DNA from: a virus
Virus record (IMG/VR): IMGVR_UViG_3300035156_000072
Span: 1 to 55,913 of that record
Length of the DNA stretch: 55,913 nt
Direction: 5' to 3' (one strand)
Shown here: positions 1 to 8,956 of the stretch, piece after piece
Numbering within the stretch: position 1 is the first letter of the stretch
Layout: each line of letters starts with the position of its first letter
Program-made: the position numbers and the translations under genes
The notes under the pieces: generated by a model
The model's database searches: none
The model's input: only the letters and a program-made list of their open reading frames with translations
Told to the model about the DNA's origin: nothing

Positions 1-127
1 AATTACGCACGGTATCGCGAGGTATTCGACGGGTTTCTAGAGGGCGCGTTGCAGCATTGGGGAACCATTGTGACGTACCACGTTGACCAAGCACGGGAGC
101 GCATCAAATGACCATCGCGGATGATTT
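1..127. repeat. terminal direct repeat, copy 1 (identical to 55787..55913)
   Basis: The first 127 nt (aattacgcacgg...gcggatgattt) recur exactly as the last 127 nt of the window. This is typical of a circular contig closed by a k-mer overlap, or of a short terminal redundancy. Confidence 0.9.
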
Positions 128-563
128 CGATATCCTCGCAATCTTGCAAGGTGCGGTGATTGCAGCCGTTGCAGCGGTTGACCCTGAATTACCTGTCAAG
201 GCAGTTGGTCGCACGCAAACATCACCCGACCCGTCCACACCTGTTGCCTTGGACGGGCAACGATATGTAGAGATTGTGTGGATACCTAACAACCCGACCG
301 GGGCGTTTTGGGGCAACGAACAAAACCACATGGGATTGTTGCGCATCGTACTGCATTGGCCGAACGATGACGCAGGCGCATACACGCCCGGCGCGGTTCT
401 AGCTGGTATCGCGGCGGGGCTTCCCAAGGGTCAGAGGTTCGGCACGGGTCCGCATGGTGTGCAAATCTATGAGCCGCCGTCGCTCATGTCACCTATTGGC
501 TCGCCAACCGAAACGCTGTATCCGTGCAGCTTGCGCTATACCGCTTTTCGCCAAGGAAACTAG
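108..563 (+). CDS. tail terminator / tail completion protein (gpU/DUF4128-like)
   Basis: 151-aa ORF. Its ATG overlaps the stop of the gp10-like gene (ATGA) and it lies directly upstream of the major tail gene. The sequence pattern resembles tail-terminator families from memory. Confidence 0.5.
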   Translation: MTIADDFDILAILQGAVIAAVAAVDPELPVKAVGRTQTSPDPSTPVALDGQRYVEIVWIPNNPTGAFWGNEQNHMGLLRIVLHWPNDDAGAYTPGAVLAGIAAGLPKGQRFGTGPHGVQIYEPPSLMSPIGSPTETLYPCSLRYTAFRQGN

Positions 564-567
564 AACC

Positions 568-1368
568 ATGACCCTGCGTCGTCTGTTGCTTTCAACCGTC
601 GTGGCGCGAGCCGTGGCATATTTCAATACTAACGCCGCGTCGAAGCTGTACATCAGTTCGACGGCCCAACCGACCGCGCTTGATCAAGCCGGGTATGAGG
701 GCTTGACGTGGGTTCAGGTCAAGGGCGTTGGCTCGCACGGCGAGGTTGGTTCAAGCACCAACATGCTCACGTATGATACGTGGGATGATGACACCGTGCA
801 AAAGGCCAAGGGTCTTACGGACGCCGGTTCGCCAACTGTCGAGTTGGCGCGCGACGCGACCGATCCGGGGCAAATCCTGATGCGCACCGCCGCTAACGGT
901 AATTTCAATTGGGCGTTCAAGATTGAGCGCAACGACAAGACCACACCGACCGGCACCGGCACTGTGCGTTACAACCGTGGTCTGGTGGCGGGTCCGACCG
1001 TGCCGCAGGGTCGTAACGAGGATTTCGACCTAGAAGTGTTCACGCTTGGTTTGCAGCAAAAGCAAATCACCGTCGATCCTACGTCGGCGGGCAATGCCCC
1101 GTTGCTTACGGTCGCCCCTGCAATCACCGGTACGGCGCAAGTCAATTCGCTGCTCACGGTCAGCAACGGCACGTTTACCGGCGACGCAACGCTTGTGCGC
1201 AGCTACCAATGGTTCATCGGCGGCGTCGCCAAGTCCGGTGCCACCGCGAATACATATCTGCCTGTCACGGCGGATATCGGCAAGGTGATCACCGCACGCG
1301 TCACCTGCACCAACCTTGCCGGGGTCGCACAAGGGTTCGCGCCGCCAACGTCAGCGGTTATCGCCTAA
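568..1368 (+). CDS. major tail (tube) protein with C-terminal Ig-like domain
   Basis: Internal ATG at 568 preceded by AAGGAAAC. It sits before the chaperone and tape-measure genes. The C-terminus (YQWFIGGVAKSGATANTYLPVTADIGKVITARVTCTNLAG) is an Ig-like decoration motif. A strong terminator follows. Confidence 0.7.
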   Translation: MTLRRLLLSTVVARAVAYFNTNAASKLYISSTAQPTALDQAGYEGLTWVQVKGVGSHGEVGSSTNMLTYDTWDDDTVQKAKGLTDAGSPTVELARDATDPGQILMRTAANGNFNWAFKIERNDKTTPTGTGTVRYNRGLVAGPTVPQGRNEDFDLEVFTLGLQQKQITVDPTSAGNAPLLTVAPAITGTAQVNSLLTVSNGTFTGDATLVRSYQWFIGGVAKSGATANTYLPVTADIGKVITARVTCTNLAGVAQGFAPPTSAVIA

Positions 1369-1409
1369 TAGGCACCGCGCCGGGCTTTAGCCGGGTTGAC
1401 AAAATTAGA

Positions 1410-1437
1410 GGGGCGGTCGAATGTGACCGCCCCTTTT
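1410..1437 (+). terminator. intrinsic terminator after major tail gene
   Basis: GGGGCGGTC-gaatgt-GACCGCCCC followed by TTTT. Confidence 0.75.
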
Positions 1438-1459
1438 CTATGTTACGGAAACACTACCC

Positions 1460-1870
1460 ATGGCCGACATTAGCGCAATCAAGCCGGTTGAACGCATTGT
1501 AGAAATCGTGCACCCCGGCACTGATGAAAACATCGGCCTGCGCTTCACGCTGTTGTCGCTGACCGATCCGCGCATGTCCGAAATCAGACGCCGTATCCAA
1601 GACCGCAACATTCAAAAGCAGGCACGCGGCAAGGAATTGACCGCGCTAGACATTGAAAACAATGTCACCAAGCTTGCGTTTTCTGCGTGCACCGGTTGGG
1701 AATGGCACAAGGATGCAGCAGGCGACAAAACCACCTTTAACGGTGAACAACCCGATTGGAATGAGGCGAATTTTAAGCGTGTCGTTGCTGAGTTGGGTTG
1801 GATCGAAGCGCAACTGACCAAAGAAATCAGCGACGAAAAGGCTTTTTTTACGGCATCCAGCGGGAGCTAA
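1460..1870 (+). CDS. tail assembly chaperone (gpG-like)
   Basis: 136-aa ORF between the major tail and tape-measure genes. It ends just after a T7 slippery run. Confidence 0.7.
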   Translation: MADISAIKPVERIVEIVHPGTDENIGLRFTLLSLTDPRMSEIRRRIQDRNIQKQARGKELTALDIENNVTKLAFSACTGWEWHKDAAGDKTTFNGEQPDWNEANFKRVVAELGWIEAQLTKEISDEKAFFTASSGS

Positions 1871-2283
1871 CCGACGCAATCGCTGTACATGTCCGGTATG
1901 AAATGCCGGACGAAGGGTTGAACGGTGAAGCGCCACGCACACGGCGCGAGCGCAATGCGGCGCACGGTATGGAACACCTGTCGCCCGATCCGATAGAGCT
2001 TTCACCGCCTGCGCAAGAATATTGGCAATGGTACTTTGAAAAGCCCGGTGGTCTGTCGCGGTGCGTGCGGCGTGTGCGTGGTGGTGTATGCGAACCGGTT
2101 CCACCGTCCGAATTGATGGCGTGGATTGCCGAAAACCGCCGCATTGTGCACGCTTGGGAACGTGCTATTTTGCGCGCCATGGATGACGCATATTGCGACG
2201 CCGTGAACCAAGAGCTTACCGAATTCCGTGAGCGTTCGTCAGCACCGACGACACCGCCGGGGGCATCGAAAAAGGGCGGCTGA
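1460..2283 (+). CDS. tail assembly chaperone, -1 frameshift fusion product (gpGT-like)
   Basis: ORF 1798..2283 is in the -1 frame relative to 1460..1870. It overlaps the end of that ORF and stops 3 nt before the tape-measure ATG. Slippage on T TTT TTT (1843..1849) would join ...EKAFF to YGIQRELTD... Confidence 0.65.
1843..1849 (+). promoter_or_regulatory. -1 programmed ribosomal frameshift slippery heptamer TTTTTTT
   Basis: The zero frame reads GC-T TTT TTT-ACG. This is an X XXY YYZ type site in the canonical G/GT position. Confidence 0.65.
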
Positions 2284-2285
2284 CC

Positions 2286-4946
2286 ATGGCTGATATTGCT
2301 GAAATCGGCGCGCGCTTTGACAGTTCCGAATTGAAGGAAGGCGGCGCGGCTATTCGTGCGCTGGTGCCGCCCGCCAAGCAGGCAGAGGCGGCGGTCGATA
2401 AGCTGGAAACCGCCCTAGGGCAGTTGGCGGCGGGGGCGGCGAGTGCGGACACCAAGCTTGATCAGGTCGCCGCGACTGCCGGGGCCATGCCGGGGCAACT
2501 AGGAAGCGCCGCAGCGGGCGCACGGTCGCTTGGTGGCGCTCTAGGCAACATCAGCAGCGGAGGCACCGCAGAGCGCGGCGTGCGCGGCCTAGGTTCAGCC
2601 ATTGAGGCGGCGGGCAAGGCGTCCAAGCTGACGACCGCCGACATGCTAAATTTAGGGAGGCAGGGCGCGGATGTGGGCGTGACGCTCGCAATGGGCATGA
2701 ACCCTTTTATGGTTGCCATACAACAAGGCCCGCAAATCCTTGACGCCTTGCAGGTTGCAGCCATTCGCACGCAATCAACGGTTGGTGGTGTATTCAAACA
2801 GTTGCTTGCAACGGTCATGCCTTTGATTGTTTCGGTTGGTTTGCTTGTTGCAGCACTAGGGTTGGTTGCAGCCGGTTTTGCGCTGTGGTCCGTGGGTGAA
2901 AAATCAGCACTAGGTTATGAGAAGGCGGTTAGCGGTGTAGGACGTGCAGCGGGCATTACCGCCACACAACTGCGCACACTGACAATCGCGGGTGCGGAAC
3001 AGGGCAACATCAGCATCAAGGCGGCGCAAGAACAAGCGACGGCTTACCTTGCAACAGGTCGCATTGGTGGTGAAGTAATTAGCGGGCTGCTCGCTATCGG
3101 TAAGGATTACGCGTCCTTTGTCGGTAAAGACATGACGGCGGCGACCAAAGAGCTTGCAACGGCATTCGCTGACCCGACAAAGGCGGCGGTTGACCTAACG
3201 CGCCAATTCGGTCTGTTGAACCAAGAGCAAATAAAACAAATCAAATCAGCCATGCAGGCGGGTGACCGTCTAGGCGCACAACGAATTCTGCTAGACGCCC
3301 TGACCGTTGCGGCCAAGGGTCATTCGTCACAGGTCGGTGAAATCACGAACGCATGGGACGCTGTAGGTCGCGCAATCAGTAATGCAATCACCAAGCTTGG
3401 TGAATTTATGTACATGACCGAAAGCGAGAAGCTGCAACGTGATATTAACTTTCGGTCAAGTGTAGAGCGCACGGGCGGCCCGCGCGGGCCGGGACAAACG
3501 CGCCTGTACAATGAAGCGGGCGCGCGAGCATCGGGCGTACAAAGTGCCCGCGCGGTACGTGAAGCCGCAGCGGCGGAACGTGCACGTGTTGCCGCTGCAA
3601 ACATGGCCGCACAGGACCGAGTGGATAACGCCGCAACGCGTTCGCGTTCTAGCGGCGGTAAAACAAGCGGTGAAAAGTTTTCAGACATTGTTGATGGTAG
3701 CAAGCGCGACGCTGCGAGCGTACAAGCACAAATCGACGGTATCAACAAAACTACGGCTGCGGCGGCTTTGCTGACCAATCAGCAAAGGTTGCTAAATGAA
3801 GCCGCGTCCAAAGGTCTAACGCTTACGCCGGTGCAAACATCGCAACTGATGGCGCTCGCCGGTACGTTGACGGATTTGCAAGAGAAGCTGCGCAACTTGG
3901 AAGGTTTCAAAGAAATCAGCGAGGGTGCAGCAAAGCAGTTGACCACAATAACCGACATGACTGCTGAAATCGGGTTGACCGGTGAAGCGCTTTACAGATA
4001 CCGCGCTGAAATGGCGCTGTTGAATGAAGCGACCGCGAAACATATAGAGTTGGACGCAACGCAACGCGCGTCGCTGATAGCGACCGCCGCTGAAATCGGT
4101 AAGGCGACGGCGGAAGCGGAACGAATGAAGTTCGTTTACGATGCGGTTGGTCGCAGCATGGAAACGACCACGGGTCTTAAAGAGCAACTGTCATACATCG
4201 GTCTGAACGCCGACGAGGTAATCAGGCTGCGCAATGAAAATGTGTTGCTTGCCGCAGCACGTGCGCAGAACATCAACCTTACGCCCGACGACATAGCGGC
4301 GCTAAAGCAGGTTGCGGGTGAACAATCCAATGTAGAGATTGCAATTCGTCGCACCACGGAAGCACTCGACTTTGCCAAGTCCGCAACGCGTGGGTTCATT
4401 GGTGATCTGGCGAGCGGTCTAAAGCAAGGTGAAAGCCTGTGGCGCACGTTCGGTAACGCCGTGGTCAACGTGCTAAACAAAGTCTTGGACAAGCTGCTTG
4501 ATGCAGCGGTTGACGGTCTGTTTTCGGGTGGCAAGGGTAAAGGCGGCGGCGGGTTCCTTTCGACTATCTTTAAGGCTGCAATGTCGGGTTTGACCGGCGG
4601 CGGAAAGGTCACAGCGGCGGCAAAGGGCGAGGTTCTAGGCAGACCCACGATGATCGCACACGCCGCCGGGGCGACCTTGGCAGGCGAGGCGGGCAAGGAA
4701 GCTGTCGTACCGCTACAGCGCGGCCCTGACGGCTCGCTAGGCGTCCAAATGTACGGTGGCGGCGCTGGTGGCGGCGGTGTGAGCGTTCACGCCCCTATCA
4801 ACGTGTACCAAACGTTTGAAGGCGTCCTTAGCGGTGCCGATGTGCAGAACATCGCCAAGGGCGCTGCGCAGGTGGCTAAAGACGAAATGAAGCGCGAGGT
4901 TGTTCCGCTCCTCTCGCAATACCAACGCGACGGGGCAATTGTCTAA
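2286..4946 (+). CDS. tail tape measure protein
   Basis: 886 aa, Ala/Gly/coiled-coil rich, with a central hydrophobic segment and Gly-rich C-terminal stretches. Canonical position after the G/GT chaperones. Confidence 0.9.
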   Translation: MADIAEIGARFDSSELKEGGAAIRALVPPAKQAEAAVDKLETALGQLAAGAASADTKLDQVAATAGAMPGQLGSAAAGARSLGGALGNISSGGTAERGVRGLGSAIEAAGKASKLTTADMLNLGRQGADVGVTLAMGMNPFMVAIQQGPQILDALQVAAIRTQSTVGGVFKQLLATVMPLIVSVGLLVAALGLVAAGFALWSVGEKSALGYEKAVSGVGRAAGITATQLRTLTIAGAEQGNISIKAAQEQATAYLATGRIGGEVISGLLAIGKDYASFVGKDMTAATKELATAFADPTKAAVDLTRQFGLLNQEQIKQIKSAMQAGDRLGAQRILLDALTVAAKGHSSQVGEITNAWDAVGRAISNAITKLGEFMYMTESEKLQRDINFRSSVERTGGPRGPGQTRLYNEAGARASGVQSARAVREAAAAERARVAAANMAAQDRVDNAATRSRSSGGKTSGEKFSDIVDGSKRDAASVQAQIDGINKTTAAAALLTNQQRLLNEAASKGLTLTPVQTSQLMALAGTLTDLQEKLRNLEGFKEISEGAAKQLTTITDMTAEIGLTGEALYRYRAEMALLNEATAKHIELDATQRASLIATAAEIGKATAEAERMKFVYDAVGRSMETTTGLKEQLSYIGLNADEVIRLRNENVLLAAARAQNINLTPDDIAALKQVAGEQSNVEIAIRRTTEALDFAKSATRGFIGDLASGLKQGESLWRTFGNAVVNVLNKVLDKLLDAAVDGLFSGGKGKGGGGFLSTIFKAAMSGLTGGGKVTAAAKGEVLGRPTMIAHAAGATLAGEAGKEAVVPLQRGPDGSLGVQMYGGGAGGGGVSVHAPINVYQTFEGVLSGADVQNIAKGAAQVAKDEMKREVVPLLSQYQRDGAIV

Positions 4947-5638
4947 TGACCATCACACCGCGCATTTACGAATTCCCAAACATCAAAATCAGCAAGCAAC
5001 TGTTTTCGGTGCCGGGTGCGGTTGTGGACGGCGGTTACACGCGGGGCGGTGCGCGGGTGTCGTCACCTGAACCGGGCGGTTACAGCATGCTTGAAATACA
5101 ACCCGCCATGCAGGTCGCGGAATTCGTTTACCCAATCGCATCATGGCTCATGTCGAAAACCAACGGCGAGATACTGCGCATTCGCCTTGCGCCGACACCG
5201 CAGGTCGCGGGCGCTCTTGCGTTGCGCAGCGGCGGTGTGCCGTGGGGTGCGCAAGGCTTCTACCCTGATGTGCAATGGTCTAATCAACAGAATTGGGCCG
5301 GTGACACCATCGCCGGGTTTACTGCGGTCGCGCTTGAGGGCACGAACGTTGTAAAAATCGACATGACCGCACAAGGTCCGATCCTACAAGCCGGTCACGT
5401 ATTCGGACACGGTAACGTATCGTATCTTGTTGATGAAATCTCATACGACAACGCGGGTATTGCCACTGTCGTCACCAAGCCGCCTTTGCGCTCAACCATT
5501 GGTATCAATGAAATTGCTTTGCTGCGCCCGTACTTTTTGGGTCAGATTAAGGCGAGTGACTTTCGCACAACATATGACGCAGACCAAAACGGCAACATAC
5601 AACTAGGTATGATCACACTTAGCGAGGTCATCGTATGA
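4946..5638 (+). CDS. minor/distal tail protein
   Basis: 230 aa. Its start overlaps the tape-measure stop (TAATG). Assigned by position only. Confidence 0.45.
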   Translation: MTITPRIYEFPNIKISKQLFSVPGAVVDGGYTRGGARVSSPEPGGYSMLEIQPAMQVAEFVYPIASWLMSKTNGEILRIRLAPTPQVAGALALRSGGVPWGAQGFYPDVQWSNQQNWAGDTIAGFTAVALEGTNVVKIDMTAQGPILQAGHVFGHGNVSYLVDEISYDNAGIATVVTKPPLRSTIGINEIALLRPYFLGQIKASDFRTTYDADQNGNIQLGMITLSEVIV

Positions 5639-6294
5639 GTGCGTTCTACGACCTGATAGATGAATACCTAGGCGATGACGACGCGCTAAGTGATATACGC
5701 ATCATGGTGCGCCGCCTGTGGTTCTATGATTTCAACGGCTATCCCTTGCGCCTGTGGCAAGGCAAAGGGCGACTGTTCACAGAGGATGGCAACGTATGGC
5801 TTGGAACCATTGACGCCAACGACCGCGACTTACATCAGACGCCCGCCATTCAAGACGGGCGCGACGGCTCAAGCGCCACTTACACGCTTGGCATGACGCT
5901 ATTTGACTTGCCCGGTCAACCGGCGGGTGCGCTGTATGAAGCGATCAAAGCGCAGCAATGGCGCGTAACCAAGCGCAATGTTACCTGTTACATGGTGGTG
6001 GTCAAAGAGGGTGAAGCATTGCGCCCGATGACACCGATTGCATACTTTCAACAACTGGTCATGTTATCATCTAAGTTCTCGGAAGTCCTAGAGGCTGACA
6101 ACGACGGCAAAATCATTACAAAATATAAAATCAACGTCACCGCCAAAGACAACAACTTTGGCCGCTCAAACGTGCCCGGCGGTACATATGCTGACACGAT
6201 ACAAAAGCAGCGTGCGAAGGAATTGGGTGTAACCGATGATCGCGGGTGCGAATTCCTCGCGTTGCTGGCGAACCGCACGTACCAAATTCCATGA
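5635..6294 (+). CDS. minor tail protein
   Basis: 219 aa, with ATGA overlap to the upstream gene. Assigned by position in the tail-tip module. Confidence 0.45.
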   Translation: MSAFYDLIDEYLGDDDALSDIRIMVRRLWFYDFNGYPLRLWQGKGRLFTEDGNVWLGTIDANDRDLHQTPAIQDGRDGSSATYTLGMTLFDLPGQPAGALYEAIKAQQWRVTKRNVTCYMVVVKEGEALRPMTPIAYFQQLVMLSSKFSEVLEADNDGKIITKYKINVTAKDNNFGRSNVPGGTYADTIQKQRAKELGVTDDRGCEFLALLANRTYQIP

Positions 6295-6695
6295 CCGTTG
6301 ATGAAACCTTGCACCTGTGGCGCACCACGGGCTTTGTATGGGGCCAATCCGACTGCCTGCTGTCCATAGGCGATTACGGCGCACGGAATGGCGCTGTGGA
6401 CGTGGCGAGCGGGTTCCGGGGCACCTACGACACAGAGGAAGGCGCACAGGCGGCTATGGACGCCGCAGGCGGCGCTATGGCCCTTGTTGCCCGCATGGGT
6501 TGGCTTGAGACGCGCGAGCCGGTCAGGGGCGACGTGGCGGTGATCAATCTAGGCGGTATCGGCCCGGCGTCGCTTGCGATACCTTACGGGGCGCTTTGCA
6601 CAGGCGAGGGGTTCGCCTTTAGGCGCACCATGGGCGTGTGTGAAATACCGCGCCGGTTCGCTCGCATCATGAAAGCTTGGACATGCCCCCTGTAG
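6291..6695 (+). CDS. tail-associated NlpC/P60-like peptidase (gpK / GTA-type cell-wall peptidase-like)
   Basis: Internal ATG at 6291 overlaps the upstream stop (ATGA). It has a WGQSDC Cys motif near the N-terminus and lies before the J-like gene. Confidence 0.5.
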   Translation: MTVDETLHLWRTTGFVWGQSDCLLSIGDYGARNGAVDVASGFRGTYDTEEGAQAAMDAAGGAMALVARMGWLETREPVRGDVAVINLGGIGPASLAIPYGALCTGEGFAFRRTMGVCEIPRRFARIMKAWTCPL

Positions 6696-8908
6696 CCGCT
6701 GCATTCGCTGCAATCGCATCATACGTCGCAACGGCGTATGCGGCGTTTCAGGCAACGGCAATCGGTACGTGGATTGCGGCTAACGCGTTCCTTGCAAACG
6801 TCATCGGGTCCATCGTTCTAAGTGTTGGTATCCCGCTCATTCAATCCCTGTTCACAAAGAAAGGAACGGGAACGAATGTAGAGGCGGGCAAGGTCAACGT
6901 GCGCATCACTGAACCGCCGCGTTGGTTGGCGGCTGGTAAGATGCGTCAGGGCGGCGGCGTCCTGTTTGGTGAGTTTGATGCACTCGGTAACTTTTGGTAC
7001 GTTGTCGTGCACGCCGACAGTATTCTAAAGCCGGGTTATTCGTACATCCTTGACGATATCCCTGTGACTGTTGACGGTTCAGGCTATGTCACCACCAATG
7101 AGTTTTGCTTAAACGACAAAAAGGAATTGTACACCGGAAGCGGTACGCGTGTGCCGTATGTGCAGATTTTCACAACCACGTACACAGAGAGCAACCCGAC
7201 ACCGCCGGGCATCGCTGCGCTGACCGCTGCAATTCCGACTTGGACCGCCGCGCACAAGCTTGTTGGAACCACCTACAGCGTCGTCAAAATGGGCGCGTTG
7301 AGTATGGAGGATCGATACAAAATTTACAAATGGCGCGGGCCGTTCGGTCTAGGCGAACCGGCGGTTGGTGTCATTGGTGAATGGTCGAATGCGTATGACC
7401 CGCGCGACGGCACGCAGACCAACGGTGTACCGTCAACCTACAAATACAACCAAGGAAACCCCGTCCTTATTTGGGCTTGGTTCCGCACGCATCGCTACGG
7501 TCGCAACAAGCCGCGCACTGATATCAATTGGACGCGCATAGCGGAGCAAGCCGCAATCTGTGATCAGATGGTTAGCAGTTTGGCGGGGTCGCGCAAACGC
7601 TACATGTGCGGCACGTCGATACCAGAGGATAAAGAGCGCGCGACCGCTGAACAAGAAATACTGATGAGCATGGACGCGGTTCTAATGTTCGATAGCGACG
7701 GCAAATGCTGGCCGCGTGTCGGGTATTACGTCGCGCCAACGCTCAAGCTGACGCGCAACCGTGATATCGTCGGAATGGAAAGCGTTGAGGCGCAGAACGG
7801 CGAGAGCGAGACGCAAGGCGTGATTGTCCGGTACATGTCACCGGAAGCCAATTTTACCGTTCAACCGGCGGCGGCTTGGTACAACCCGAATTACTATGTG
7901 CCCGGTGAAGCCGCAACGTTCCTAACCATCGATATCATCACGTGTCAGAACCACGGGCAGGCGATGACGCTTGCGAAGGCAATAGGTATGCGGTCGCAAC
8001 CGCGTTATAAGCTTTTGCCAACCGTAGGATTGCGCGGGCTGCGTGCCCGTCAAGAGCGCATTGTAAACCTGCTATACGACAACACGTTTTCAGGTGATCA
8101 CGAAATCGCAACGCCGGTTGAGGTGGATACTAACGGCTTTTTCTGCGGCTTTGGGATCGTGCCTGTGGACGCTAATAGGTGGACGCTGTTGAGCGGCGAG
8201 GAACGCGCCGCGCCGGTCGTCAATGACACCGTGCGGACGGGCGCACCAGATGTACCGGCTGGTGTGGCGGTCGCGTTCAACGACAGTCGTGTTTATGCCA
8301 CGTTTGTTGCACCGCCTCGCGAAGATGTGGTGTATCAATTCCAATACATCGCGAGTGTTGACCTACCGTCCGCTCAATGGCTTGATATGTCTGTTGACAT
8401 GCTCAATTCGTTTGCCATTAGTGGTACGGTTAATTCGTCGGTTGAGTACAAGGTACGGTGGCGTTCGTCATCGTCGGGCGGTTCTGTCACAGCTTGGTCA
8501 TCGCTTTACACTCTGACGCCTGTGGCTAATCAGGTCGCTACACTCAACAGTTGGATCGTAGAGGTTTCAGCGGGAACACCTGTCATACATGTTGATAGCA
8601 CGGGCGCGTTGACCATTGATGATCACACGCGCCGATATTCAGACGGTCACGCGGATGTGGCTGTGGATGGTGCAGCTATCGCGACGGGGCTTGCAGTAGG
8701 TGACACGCGCTCAATCGGTTACGACGACCCGGCGCGTGTGGGTGGTGCGGTGACTTACAACCTGTACGCCGACGACAACGACGCGCACGTTTCGGCGGCG
8801 TATCCGGGGCGGCACTATGTCGGCTTTTTCACGGTTCCTGCGACGGGCAGCGGGTCGGGAGGCGGTGGTGGCGTGCCCGGCGGGTCATCGCAATATGACC
8901 TACCGTAG
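6677..8908 (+). CDS. host-specificity / tip attachment protein (gpJ-like)
   Basis: 743 aa, the largest tail-tip ORF. It has a hydrophobic N-terminus as in GTA/lambda J-like proteins and a Gly-rich C-terminal end. Confidence 0.6.
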   Translation: MDMPPVAAAFAAIASYVATAYAAFQATAIGTWIAANAFLANVIGSIVLSVGIPLIQSLFTKKGTGTNVEAGKVNVRITEPPRWLAAGKMRQGGGVLFGEFDALGNFWYVVVHADSILKPGYSYILDDIPVTVDGSGYVTTNEFCLNDKKELYTGSGTRVPYVQIFTTTYTESNPTPPGIAALTAAIPTWTAAHKLVGTTYSVVKMGALSMEDRYKIYKWRGPFGLGEPAVGVIGEWSNAYDPRDGTQTNGVPSTYKYNQGNPVLIWAWFRTHRYGRNKPRTDINWTRIAEQAAICDQMVSSLAGSRKRYMCGTSIPEDKERATAEQEILMSMDAVLMFDSDGKCWPRVGYYVAPTLKLTRNRDIVGMESVEAQNGESETQGVIVRYMSPEANFTVQPAAAWYNPNYYVPGEAATFLTIDIITCQNHGQAMTLAKAIGMRSQPRYKLLPTVGLRGLRARQERIVNLLYDNTFSGDHEIATPVEVDTNGFFCGFGIVPVDANRWTLLSGEERAAPVVNDTVRTGAPDVPAGVAVAFNDSRVYATFVAPPREDVVYQFQYIASVDLPSAQWLDMSVDMLNSFAISGTVNSSVEYKVRWRSSSSGGSVTAWSSLYTLTPVANQVATLNSWIVEVSAGTPVIHVDSTGALTIDDHTRRYSDGHADVAVDGAAIATGLAVGDTRSIGYDDPARVGGAVTYNLYADDNDAHVSAAYPGRHYVGFFTVPATGSGSGGGGGVPGGSSQYDLP

Positions 8909-8956
8909 TGCGCGAATTTCGACTAAACACGGTCAAGCCATCAGCTAGGATTTGCC

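Noticed and set aside
4136-4696. Long antisense ORFs inside large genes (for example 4136..4696, 10861..11502, 12332..12853, 19536..20237, 20884..21369, 47880..48581).
   Set aside because: These are typical stop-poor antisense frames of G+C-rich DNA. They are Arg/Pro/Ala/Cys-rich, have no RBS, and overlap well-supported genes.
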